A stretch of 64,000 nt of DNA, from NCBI GenBank assembly GCA_964230645.1, contig CAXRHT010000001.1:224001-288000 (forward strand), given 5' to 3'. Shown in pieces: positions 18,584 through 27,558 of the stretch. The position numbers and the translations under genes are program-made. Source of the DNA: Bdellovibrionales bacterium (GTDB lineage: Bacteria > Bdellovibrionota > Bdellovibrionia > Bdellovibrionales > JAGQZY01). The notes under the pieces were generated by a model. That model ran no database searches, was not told the DNA's origin, and saw only the letters and a program-made list of their open reading frames with translations. Each line of letters begins with the position of its first letter. The stretch's first letter is position 1.

Positions 18584-19231
18584 TTAAAAGTTTGGAGTAT
18601 TCAAAGATCCTTCCTGATCTTGAAAATAAATGCTAATTTTTTTGCTTTTTTGCTCCGGCAAGAGCCATTTTTCAATCAACTGCCCTAGTTCCCTTCGAGC
18701 CGTTTCTCTGACAAGAGCCTTGTTTTCTAAAGCTCTGTTACCAAGATAAGTTGAAAGCCTCTTCATCAATCGATCTTTAACGCTGGCTTCATTGCGAAAC
18801 ATACTGGACTTTTCATAGTGAATTTTAATCGCTGAAATGTCTGTGGCTGGACGATTAAACTCTAGAGGAGGAGCGATTACCACAATTTCCTGATCCTTTT
18901 CAGTCACCGTCCACGGCTTTTTTAAGTCAATAAAGTAAGTGAAGCGGACGGGAAGCTCCACCGAGACCACAACAGGAGGCAGCTCTAATTTTTCCCAAAA
19001 AATTTTGCGCCGGCTTGTTTCTGAAAACTCTTCAACCTGATCCAGTTCTGCTAACTGAAGATTTTGAACTCCTTGAAGGCTTGTAAGAAAACTTCTTAGC
19101 TCGACTTGCTTTTCTTCCTTGGTGAATTCTGTGACCAGACTTTTTGTCCACTGTCCGGTGAAGTAGAGAAACAAGCCCCCAGTAAGGAGAAAAATACCCA
19201 AAATGCCAGTGAGGAGTTTGATAATTTTCAT
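18584..19231 (-). CDS. DUF4230-like membrane-anchored protein
   Basis: N-terminal TM; PVRFTYFIDL...IVVIAPPL pattern. Confidence 0.55.
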   Translation of the reverse strand: MKIIKLLTGILGIFLLTGGLFLYFTGQWTKSLVTEFTKEEKQVELRSFLTSLQGVQNLQLAELDQVEEFSETSRRKIFWEKLELPPVVVSVELPVRFTYFIDLKKPWTVTEKDQEIVVIAPPLEFNRPATDISAIKIHYEKSSMFRNEASVKDRLMKRLSTYLGNRALENKALVRETARRELGQLIEKWLLPEQKSKKISIYFQDQEGSLNTPNF

Positions 19232-19522
19232 GAGCTTATAGCCTAGCATGTTTATTGGCGAAGCTTCCACTCATTCTTTCCCCCATTTCCCCTCAAAGCC
19301 TTGAGCTCAAAAACAACCCAACCAAAACGGTTTACCTGATAAAGTATTTTAATTTAAATTACTTTCCCTAATAAGGGCGCAGCCTGAATTTTCAGCACTC
19401 AAAAGTTGCCTCATTACGAGCCACCCCTTGAAAGCGGAAAGTAGTCGGCCCTCCTGGAACCCCCGGTTTCAGTGCAATTGTTTTTTTTCTTCATTTTTTT
19501 GTTTCATCATGGAGCGCTTTTC

Positions 19523-19550
19523 TAAACTCATGGCCTGAGTCTTCCGATAA
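19523..19550 (+). promoter_or_regulatory. FliA (sigma28)-type promoter
   Basis: TAAA-N16-TCCGATAA upstream of 19582. Confidence 0.6.
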
Positions 19551-19581
19551 AAACTTACTACAGATTTGAGGTGTAAAATAT

Positions 19582-20043
19582 ATGTCAATACTAGCGCGAT
19601 ACAAAAAACCAGGTGGCTTTAAACAGCTCCTCCAGCTCATCGAGACCAGTCAACCCCTCAAACAGGAAAAGCTCCTCGAAGTTGTTGAAAAGGAGGATCC
19701 CTCTTGGGCACAAAAAATTCGAGAAAAGAAAATCAGTCCAGAAATGGTTCTTGAATGGGAACATGACCATCTATCTTTGATTTTTGAGAACATGATCTCA
19801 CAACACTGCTCTAATATTTTCAAGTCTATGGGAGAGGAAAAGATCAAAGAGTTCTCAACTCTCCTGCGGGCCGATAAATATCGAGAGCTTAAGCAGCTTG
19901 TTGACGACTCCTCAGAGCCTAGTCCATCCCAGTTAGCCGCGGCTTACAGTAATATGCTGGAAACTGTTCGCTATCTTGACGAAGAAAAAATTATTGATTT
20001 ACGCTATATCGATCCTGTCCTGGATCTAGGAGAGGCGGTTTAG
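19582..20043 (+). CDS. FliG C-terminal-domain-like protein
   Basis: N-terminus MSILARYKKPGGF...EKEDPSWAQKI and a helical C-terminus resembling stand-alone FliG-C proteins. Confidence 0.6.
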   Translation: MSILARYKKPGGFKQLLQLIETSQPLKQEKLLEVVEKEDPSWAQKIREKKISPEMVLEWEHDHLSLIFENMISQHCSNIFKSMGEEKIKEFSTLLRADKYRELKQLVDDSSEPSPSQLAAAYSNMLETVRYLDEEKIIDLRYIDPVLDLGEAV

Positions 20044-20084
20044 TTTAAAGAAGAAATCTTTGAACTTATCTTAAAAGGGAACCT

Positions 20085-21542
20085 TTAGGTTCCCTTTTTA
20101 TGTTTTGGAAAGTAGCAGATAAATTCGCTACCAAGACCCGGAGCACTTTTTAAATCCACATGCCCCTCCATTTTAACCATGCAGTTTCGGACGATCGAAA
20201 GTCCTAAACCTGTTCCCTTAGCTTGTTGGTTTTGTTCGTCGCGCACTCGGTAAAAACGTTCAAAAAGTCGGCCTTGATGATAGCTTTCAATTCCCGGCCC
20301 ATTGTCTTTTACGCTCAAAAAACTATAGTTCTCCCCTTCACCCCAGCGAATTTTGATCTGTGAACCTTTTTGGGTGTATTTAATAGCATTCTCAACAAGG
20401 TTTACCAGAACATGCTCAAGGAGATCATAGTTGGCCTTGATCTTTTTTATTTCGTAACTCATATGAATGTCCGATTCATGCTCACGAATGTGTCCACTCA
20501 AGTCATGAAGCACAGCTTCGGTAATCTCCAATGTGTCTAGGTTTTCTATATGCACAGACTCGGCCGATTCAATTTTTGATAACTCTAAAAGATCTTGAAT
20601 AATATTATTGAGACGAAAAAGATTGTTCTCAACCACCTTGAAAGACTCCTCAAGGGTGGAATTGTTTTTCGCCATACTGTCTTTAATAAAACCCAAATAG
20701 CCTTGTATCGAAGTCAATGGAGTTTTTAGTTCATGGGAAGCATTGGCCACAAAGTCCATGCGGACCTTTTCTAATTTTTTGTGATCGGTGATATCGTGAA
20801 AAATAGCTACGGCTCCACGGGTGCGATTCTTTTTTTCATCCAGAAATGGAGAGATGGAAACTTGAAAGTAGTGAGTGGCCGAGTCCACCGACATATCATG
20901 CTGGGCCCCTACCCACTGACTTTTCTGTGTTCGAATACACTCGTTAAAGCCTTCAATGATTTTCTGACTGCGTAGAATTTCGTTGAGCTTCTTACCCCAA
21001 TTGCCTTCTTCTTTTTGATCAAAGAAAAGAGCCATGGGGGCGTTGTAGTAGCGAATGTTCATGTCGCGATCGACGGCCAAAATGGCATCGTTTGCGGCCG
21101 TGAGAAGGGCCTCTAACTCATTTCTTTCCTTTTCAACATCCGCTTTTTTGGTCTTAAGATCTTTCCAAATCTTATTGAGGGATAAATCGAGCTGATACCA
21201 CTCCCCTCGGCTCTCTTTAATCACTTCACTTTTTTTAATATTAAGAGAGCCCTTTTTAATCGCCCTAGCTTTTGCGATCAAAGCCCCTAGAGGCGAGAAA
21301 AAAAGTCGCACGTAAACGAGGCCAAAAATCATGGCCATGGCGAGTAAGACCCAAAACGAGTAAACTAAAACCTTATCGAGTTCAGAAAAAAAGCGGGCGA
21401 TTTCCGGCTGGCTCGCATCGAGCTTGGTTTTTAAGAAATAGCGGAAAAAAGAGCCGACCAGCAAAAATAAAAACAGAAAAAAGCCCACAAACCAGGTGTA
21501 GGCTTTTCGACTGACAATGGCGGCAGACTTAAAAATGGTCAT
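20085..21542 (-). CDS. phoR: Phosphate regulon sensor kinase PhoR
   Basis: TM-HAMP-PAS-HisKA (FVANASHELKTPLT)-HATPase (NLVENAIKY, DNGPG, GTGLGL); downstream of phoB. Confidence 0.88.
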   Translation of the reverse strand: MTIFKSAAIVSRKAYTWFVGFFLFLFLLVGSFFRYFLKTKLDASQPEIARFFSELDKVLVYSFWVLLAMAMIFGLVYVRLFFSPLGALIAKARAIKKGSLNIKKSEVIKESRGEWYQLDLSLNKIWKDLKTKKADVEKERNELEALLTAANDAILAVDRDMNIRYYNAPMALFFDQKEEGNWGKKLNEILRSQKIIEGFNECIRTQKSQWVGAQHDMSVDSATHYFQVSISPFLDEKKNRTRGAVAIFHDITDHKKLEKVRMDFVANASHELKTPLTSIQGYLGFIKDSMAKNNSTLEESFKVVENNLFRLNNIIQDLLELSKIESAESVHIENLDTLEITEAVLHDLSGHIREHESDIHMSYEIKKIKANYDLLEHVLVNLVENAIKYTQKGSQIKIRWGEGENYSFLSVKDNGPGIESYHQGRLFERFYRVRDEQNQQAKGTGLGLSIVRNCMVKMEGHVDLKSAPGLGSEFICYFPKHKKGT

Positions 21543-22245
21543 CCCTTATTCGGTAACCGATTCCTCGCACCGTTTCAATTAAATCTGCATATTTCCCCAA
21601 TTTTTTTCTCAAACCAAAGACATGGGTATCAATGGTTCGCCCTATCACAGAGATTCCCTCGCCTTGCACTTCCTCAATCAAACGGGCTCGGGTTAAAACT
21701 CGACCGCGATACTCGAGCATCGTAGCAAGAAGCTTAAACTCCGAAGGGGTGAGGCTAAGCATTTCCCCGTCTAAGTAAGCTTTGTAAGTTTTAAGGGATA
21801 CTCTTAAAGGGCCCACCTCAATTTCATCTTGCAAATCCGGCTGACTACTTTGTACCGGGGCCACCGTGTTTCTCTGCACTCTTCTCAACAGAGAAGACAT
21901 GCGCGCTTTAAGAATGTCGGGGCTAAAAGGCTTGGTGATATAGTCATCAGCCCCAGCCTCAAGACCCTCAACAATATTATCGGGATCCGACTTGGCGGTA
22001 AGCATAAGAATGGCAATATCTTTCATGGTATCCATTTTTCGAACCAACTGAGCAATCTCAATTCCTGAGAGTCCTGGCAGCATCCAATCAAGCAACATCA
22101 CATCGTAGCTGTCTCGGTTTAATAAAGCCAAAGCCTCTTCTCCGGAGGTGACATGATCCACAGAGTAGCCCATATTCTCAACCTGCATTTTTAACAGACG
22201 TCCAATATCCATTTCATCTTCAACAATTAATACCCTAGAACTCAT
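21529..22245 (-). CDS. phoB: Phosphate regulon response regulator PhoB
   Basis: LLDWMLPGLSG, GADDYITKPF, RTIDTHV and TVRGIGY motifs. ATG at 22245. Confidence 0.85.
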   Translation of the reverse strand: MSSRVLIVEDEMDIGRLLKMQVENMGYSVDHVTSGEEALALLNRDSYDVMLLDWMLPGLSGIEIAQLVRKMDTMKDIAILMLTAKSDPDNIVEGLEAGADDYITKPFSPDILKARMSSLLRRVQRNTVAPVQSSQPDLQDEIEVGPLRVSLKTYKAYLDGEMLSLTPSEFKLLATMLEYRGRVLTRARLIEEVQGEGISVIGRTIDTHVFGLRKKLGKYADLIETVRGIGYRIRDDHF

Positions 22246-22942
22246 TGTTTCCCTCCCTTGGCCCATCAAGTTCTCGTTCTCCACTTTCGTGTCGAATGTC
22301 CTCCCCTGAAATGAGGAAGATGGCTTCTTCGGCAATGTTGGTTGCATGGTCACCGATCCTTTCTAAGTTGCGAATAATTGTGAACAGTTCTAAATTTCCA
22401 TCAATATTGGTTTGGCTCTTACGCATAGACTCGCGAATGGCTTCACTGAGGGAGTCACGGTATCCATCCACGGAGTCGTCAATTTTCAAAACTTCCCTAG
22501 CCTCCTCCTCATCGTTTTGAATGAAGGCATTGAGACCTTTTCTGACCATCAGACGAACCAGGTCGGCCATTTTAGGGATTTCGTTGGCCACAGGCAGAGG
22601 CTGACCTTTCATGTAGTCATAGATGCTATAGGTCATTGAACAGGCTAAATCCCCCATGCGTTCAAGATCCATAGCCATTTTCGTGCAAACCAACAACAAG
22701 CGCAGATCCGAGGCCACGGGAGATTGTCTAGCCAATAACTTAAAGCAGTCTCGATCTATTTTTTTATGGAATTCATTAATTTTGTCTTCCAGTTCAAAAA
22801 CTCGCTCGAGACCTGCCGTATTTTTCTTGGCAAGGGCTTTGGTTGAGATCACAATGGACTCCTCCACCAATCCCGACATTTCATTCACCGCTGATTTCAG
22901 ACGGGTGAGATATTGTTGTAAAAGAGTATCCATATTAACCAA
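22235..22942 (-). CDS. phoU: Phosphate signalling protein PhoU
   Basis: PVASDLR, DLERMGD, DDSVD and LERIGDHATNIAE motifs. Confidence 0.95.
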   Translation of the reverse strand: MVNMDTLLQQYLTRLKSAVNEMSGLVEESIVISTKALAKKNTAGLERVFELEDKINEFHKKIDRDCFKLLARQSPVASDLRLLLVCTKMAMDLERMGDLACSMTYSIYDYMKGQPLPVANEIPKMADLVRLMVRKGLNAFIQNDEEEAREVLKIDDSVDGYRDSLSEAIRESMRKSQTNIDGNLELFTIIRNLERIGDHATNIAEEAIFLISGEDIRHESGERELDGPREGNNEF

Positions 22943-23696
22943 ACCTTCCGGTAATATAATCTTCCGTTCTTGTATCTTTGGGGTTCATAAAAAGGTCCGA
23001 AGTCTTTCCAACCTCAATCAACTCACCATCAAGAAGAAAGGCGGTGCGATCAGAAATACGGGCCGCCTGCTTTCTTGAGCTGGTAGTGAATATGACTGGG
23101 AACTTTTCAGAGAACTCCCGAATTAATTGTTCAATTTGTAAGGTCACTTGTAAGCCCACTCGGCTAGTCACCTCGTCCATCAACATAACTTTTGGCTTCA
23201 AACAAAGAGAGCGCGCAATACATACAAGCTGTTTTTCACCAGCGCTTAAGCGTTGTGGATAGCGATTTAAATTTTGTCTTAAATCATCCCATAAACCCAC
23301 TTGAATCAAAGCCTTTTCGACAGCCTCTCCGATATGAGCTCCTGACTCAATACGGTTCAGTCTCATGCCTAAGGCAATATTTTCAAAAATCGACAAATGA
23401 GAAAACGTGGTGGGCTCGGCAAAGATCATAGAGAAATTACGGCGAAGTTTAAGTAAATTGTAATGACTAGAGAGAAGGTTTTTACCATTAAACCAAATTT
23501 CCCCCTCGACCCGATTTCCCTGCCTCTCTTCAAAGAGACGGTTAATACACCGGAGCAGAGTGGACTTACCACTTCCCCTAGGGCCAATAATTGAAAGTAT
23601 TTTTTTATTCTCTACACCGAGATTCACTCGGTCTAAAATTTTGCGAGAATCTGACCAGGCCTCTAGATCCTTTATATCCATAATTGTTTTAGCCAT
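22935..23696 (-). CDS. pstB: PstB-family ABC ATPase with degenerate catalytic motifs
   Basis: Walker A GPRGSGKST, QAARISDRTAF and C-terminal TEDYITGRFG are typical of PstB. Q-loop, signature, D-loop and H-loop are altered. Confidence 0.88.
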   Translation of the reverse strand: MAKTIMDIKDLEAWSDSRKILDRVNLGVENKKILSIIGPRGSGKSTLLRCINRLFEERQGNRVEGEIWFNGKNLLSSHYNLLKLRRNFSMIFAEPTTFSHLSIFENIALGMRLNRIESGAHIGEAVEKALIQVGLWDDLRQNLNRYPQRLSAGEKQLVCIARSLCLKPKVMLMDEVTSRVGLQVTLQIEQLIREFSEKFPVIFTTSSRKQAARISDRTAFLLDGELIEVGKTSDLFMNPKDTRTEDYITGRFG

Positions 23697-24450
23697 ACTC
23701 CACCTCGTGATAATTCATTTGGGAATCGAGCACGGCCCTAAGTAGATGAAGCAAGACAAAGACAAGAGCAAGGCTGGCTGTTTTTTGCTGATCCTTGGCG
23801 ATATGAAAGAAAAACTCAAGGGAGAGATAGTGAAAGTCCCCATCACTATCTGAAAACAAGAATAAAAATGGAGTCACTAAGGCCACCAAATAAAGAAAGG
23901 TCGAGACAAAGTGTCCCCCATAGGTTTTGTAGTAACGTCTGATAAAGAGTTGATAGGCGATCACAGCCCGACTGAGCCCCATGGCTTGCATGCCCTCAAT
24001 TTCTAGGGATCTTATTTTTTCAGAAATTTGAATCCAACGCTGACTGAGTTTAATAGCTCCAATAAAAAAGAGACTGGTAAACATTATGATTTTTTGACCA
24101 CTAAAAACGTAAAGAAAACCCACCCCAATGAGGAGAACGGGAGTTCGAACGAGCCAATTCAAAAGCCTTCGAATCCCGGGATTTGATCTCGTGTGTTTTC
24201 TTGAAATAAAAATATAAGTGGCCGCTCCACTAAATGGCGCTGCCGTCAATAAGCTAATCAAAACCAATCCCAGAGTTTCTGGCAAATAGGTCATATCCTG
24301 CAATATTTGCGATAAGGAAATATTATAAAAAATATGAAAAGCCAGAACCAACAGATAGGAAACCAGTAAAATGAAGGAGAAACTAGCCAACAAATAAAGG
24401 CTTAACATCATCGAGTGGTTGGTACGGTTACGAAATTCACGACGAGGCAT
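23689..24450 (-). CDS. pstA: PstA-like permease, highly divergent
   Basis: Position between pstC-like and pstB; multi-TM; degenerate EAA loop IEGMQAMGLS. Confidence 0.6.
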   Translation of the reverse strand: MPRREFRNRTNHSMMLSLYLLASFSFILLVSYLLVLAFHIFYNISLSQILQDMTYLPETLGLVLISLLTAAPFSGAATYIFISRKHTRSNPGIRRLLNWLVRTPVLLIGVGFLYVFSGQKIIMFTSLFFIGAIKLSQRWIQISEKIRSLEIEGMQAMGLSRAVIAYQLFIRRYYKTYGGHFVSTFLYLVALVTPFLFLFSDSDGDFHYLSLEFFFHIAKDQQKTASLALVFVLLHLLRAVLDSQMNYHEVEYG

Positions 24451-25423
24451 AAGCTTGCCTCTCTTTTTTAATAAATTTCATCTCAACATAGGTAAAAGCC
24501 AGATAACAAACGAGCAGCACTCCTGCTATTTTCCATAAGAAAGCTTCCTCAAGGGGGCGCTTGATGGAAAAGGAAATAAAAAGTGAACTCAAACTCGCCC
24601 CCCACTGCTCGTGGTGTGGTCGATGATTGAACATAAAAAAGTGCAGGAGAGAGTAAGTGATCAAACCTTCGAAAAAACAGACTCGAGTGAAGTGAATAAG
24701 TATGGAGTTGAATCGATTTTTCATCGACTGCATCACTGTCATATGAATGCTTTCCCATGAGGTTCCGCCGAGAGACTTAATAATCTCAAAACTTTTTAAG
24801 CTCTCCTCCCCTTTCAAGGTTTTCTCCATAAAAAGAATCATTTTAGGTAAGATGTAGAGAAAAAGGCCGAGAACAACCACTACTGCCACAAGCCCGGCTT
24901 GCGCAAAATCGATCACTCTCTCTAAGGTCGATTGAAAAAAAGAATCCACGCTTAAGTCGGCATCGAAAAAAGGAAGAATCGTTAAAGGGTATAAAAGCAG
25001 AGTAATGGCAAAGGCCACCGATTGGGTCAAAAAATTAGAAGACGAAAAGAAATAGGTCCACTGATTTTGAAGAGCTAAAAAGCCCGGCTCCCCAATCACC
25101 TCTACATAGATGTAAACAAATAAAACCAGAGGCAAAGACGAGTAATATTTTAAGAACACTCGGATGGCGCGAATCAGTCGCCCCTTTTTTCTATGCTCCA
25201 TCAATGTGGCAAAAGAAAGAGCAAAGGGCCAACTAGAGAGGCTGGCTAACAATGAAACACTCAAGCCCACTGAAACCCATAGAAAGATTTTTCGAAAATC
25301 AAAAGATTCAAGATCGAGAAACAATGCCACCAAATAAAAGGCGCCCAACCCACAAAGAGCGGCAAGATAGAGGCTAATGAGTAGGAAAACGATCTTTTCC
25401 ATTCCTTTAAAAATAAGACTCAT
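24437..25423 (-). CDS. pstC: PstC-like permease, highly divergent
   Basis: TM pattern SSLPLVLF and ILPKM; EAA-like FEIIKSLGGTSWESI; first gene of the operon. Confidence 0.65.
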   Translation of the reverse strand: MSLIFKGMEKIVFLLISLYLAALCGLGAFYLVALFLDLESFDFRKIFLWVSVGLSVSLLASLSSWPFALSFATLMEHRKKGRLIRAIRVFLKYYSSLPLVLFVYIYVEVIGEPGFLALQNQWTYFFSSSNFLTQSVAFAITLLLYPLTILPFFDADLSVDSFFQSTLERVIDFAQAGLVAVVVVLGLFLYILPKMILFMEKTLKGEESLKSFEIIKSLGGTSWESIHMTVMQSMKNRFNSILIHFTRVCFFEGLITYSLLHFFMFNHRPHHEQWGASLSSLFISFSIKRPLEEAFLWKIAGVLLVCYLAFTYVEMKFIKKERQAYASS

Positions 25424-25518
25424 ACTCTCCGATCCTTTGCACCCTTGGCATCGCTACAACTGGCAACACTCGCTCCCTTATTTTCTAAAAGGATTCCCAG
25501 GCCAAGTCCAGCTGAGCA

Positions 25519-25545
25519 TGTCAAGATTCTGTCAAGATATTCTCA
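25519..25545. promoter_or_regulatory. 11-bp-period TGTCA direct repeats (Pho-box-like) between pstC and dinB
   Basis: TGTCA at 25519 and 25530, TCTCA at 25541. Confidence 0.65.
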
Positions 25546-25620
25546 GGGTTTGTCTAAGTTATTAAAAAAACGATTTTTTTATAAACTTGCTATCTTAAGA
25601 TGGTGTCGGTAGTTTGAGGC

Positions 25621-26703
25621 ATGGACTACGGTCATCGCAAGATTATCCACATTGATATGGATTGCTTTTACGCGGCTGTTGAGATGCGTGATCGTCCGGA
25701 TCTCAAAAATCGCCCACTAGCTGTGGGTGGTTCTCCCACAGGTCGTGGCGTACTAACCACCTGTAATTATCCAGCCAGGCGCTATGGTTTGCGCTCAGCT
25801 CTCTCCGCCAGAGAAGCCGTTAAACTCTGCCCTGATTTAGTCATCTTACCCGTTCGCATGAACAAATACCGGGAAGTCAGTCTGGAAATCTTAGAAATTA
25901 TGAAAAGCTATGCCTCTAAAATTGAAAGAGTTTCACTCGATGAGGCCTACTTGGATGTCACAGACTCCTCTCTCTTTGAGGGCAGTGCTAGTTTAATCGC
26001 AAAGAAGTTGCGTACAGACATTCGCGAAAAACTTGATCTCACGGCCTCTGCCGGAATTGCTCCCAATAAATTTTTAGCCAAAGTGGCCAGTGATTGGAAA
26101 AAGCCCGATGGGCAATACACTCTTGCTCCGGCTGATATCCCAGAATTTATAAAAACCCTTCCCGTTCAGAAAGTGCCAGGCGTGGGTCGTAGTTTTCTCG
26201 CTAAACTCTCCGAGAAAAATTTGAAAACCTGTGGAGATCTTCAGGCGATCAGCCTCAGTGATATGACTCACTATTGGGGCCAATGGGGAGCCAGACTTTT
26301 TGATCTTTGCCGAGGAGTGGATCAAAGCCCTGTGAGGTCAGAGAGAAAACGGAAGTCCATTTCCGTTGAAAGAACTTTTCGGAAAGATATTTCCACTTGG
26401 GAGGATTTGCGTCCTTGGGTAGAAAATCTTTTTGAGGAGCTTGAGTACCGAGTGAATAAAAACAACATCCAAACGGAACAACTCAAAAGCCTTGGAGTGA
26501 AAATGAAAACCCAGGACTTTGAAATTACAAGCCTTGAGAAGACTCTTCCCTTTGAGCTAGATAGCTATCTAGATCTCAGCCAAAAACATTTTTACAATCA
26601 GAATAAACCACTAAGACTTTTGGGGCTGGGTGCAAAACTCAACGAAAAAACTGAAAAGAAAAACCGCCAACAAATGAAGTTTGAACTAAGTCCAGGAGTG
26701 TGA
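25621..26703 (+). CDS. dinB: DNA polymerase IV
   Basis: HIDMDCFYAAVE, YPARRYG, SLDEAYLD and NKFLAKVASDWKKPDG motifs. Confidence 0.97.
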   Translation: MDYGHRKIIHIDMDCFYAAVEMRDRPDLKNRPLAVGGSPTGRGVLTTCNYPARRYGLRSALSAREAVKLCPDLVILPVRMNKYREVSLEILEIMKSYASKIERVSLDEAYLDVTDSSLFEGSASLIAKKLRTDIREKLDLTASAGIAPNKFLAKVASDWKKPDGQYTLAPADIPEFIKTLPVQKVPGVGRSFLAKLSEKNLKTCGDLQAISLSDMTHYWGQWGARLFDLCRGVDQSPVRSERKRKSISVERTFRKDISTWEDLRPWVENLFEELEYRVNKNNIQTEQLKSLGVKMKTQDFEITSLEKTLPFELDSYLDLSQKHFYNQNKPLRLLGLGAKLNEKTEKKNRQQMKFELSPGV

Positions 26704-27395
26704 GTTCTGTGATCAGTGTTGAACAAATTTTACTCAGCTTTATCCCCTTTGTCATTGGGATCAGTCTTCTCGCCTACTATTCCATCAACCTTAAAGAACT
26801 TCTCTACGCTAGTGTTCGCATGGTTTTACAACTTGTGGGAATTGGCTATGTACTCACCTACCTCTTTGCAAAAGATCATTTTCTTTGGACCTCCCTTTTA
26901 CTAACTATTATGATTGTTGTCTCGTCATGGGTTTCTCTAAGAGTGGTAAAAAAAGAGCGTTTAAAACTTTTGAAATATTCTTTTCTAGCTCTTCTTTTTG
27001 GATCCACCCCTGTGCTCTTCTGGACCACAGGGCTTGTGATTCCGGGTGAGAGCATTTGGGACCCTCGTTTTGTGATCCCACTGGCCGGCATGGTTTACGC
27101 CAATTCGATGAACACACTAAGTCTTGCTGCTGAAAGGCTCCTTAATGAATTAAAAATCCACCCCTGGCCGATGGCACAAAGTTTAGCTCTAAAAGCTGCC
27201 TTTATCCCTCACATTAACACCTTTCTTGTCGTGGGTTTGGTTTCACTACCCGGAATGATGACCGGGCAAATTCTCTCCGGCGTCGACCCATTGATCGCCG
27301 TTCGTTATCAAATTGTGATTATGACGATGATCTTTTCGTCCAGTGCGCTGAGCAGTTTACTTTTTGTTAAATTATTAGGGTCAAACCTGGATTAG
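26700..27395 (+). CDS. UPF0014 (FetB/YbbM-like) ABC permease
   Basis: RMVLQL, IPLAGM, GLVSLPGMMTGQILSG-P-AVRYQI motifs. Confidence 0.9.
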   Translation: MSSVISVEQILLSFIPFVIGISLLAYYSINLKELLYASVRMVLQLVGIGYVLTYLFAKDHFLWTSLLLTIMIVVSSWVSLRVVKKERLKLLKYSFLALLFGSTPVLFWTTGLVIPGESIWDPRFVIPLAGMVYANSMNTLSLAAERLLNELKIHPWPMAQSLALKAAFIPHINTFLVVGLVSLPGMMTGQILSGVDPLIAVRYQIVIMTMIFSSSALSSLLFVKLLGSNLD

Positions 27396-27396
27396 A

Positions 27397-27555
27397 GTGA
27401 TCCCGAGAAATGTTCATAGTCATCCTGAGATTTATTCATAGTCATCCTGAGACTTGTTCATTGTCATCCTGAGCGAAGCGAAGGATCTTAGGTCTTTCGC
27501 TTCGCTCAAGACGACATGCTCTCATCCAAGAAGACAGGCTTTCATCCGATATGAC
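27397..27555. repeat. GTCATCYTGAGC palindromic (REP/RPE-like) element with tandem terminal duplications
   Basis: Core palindrome at 27462-27516; 22-nt units start at 27397, 27419 and 27441; 20-nt units end at 27535 and 27555. Confidence 0.85.
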
Positions 27556-27558
27556 TTG

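Noticed and set aside
22935..25423. pstCAB as pseudogenes
   Set aside because: The frames are open and near full length, with start/stop overlaps, a preserved TM pattern and a conserved PstB C-terminus.
27397..27555. CRISPR-like appearance of 20-22-nt periodic repeats (also 33357 and 58101)
   Set aside because: The period is too short, spacers are near-identical within a locus, there are no cas genes, and the units derive from a palindrome end.
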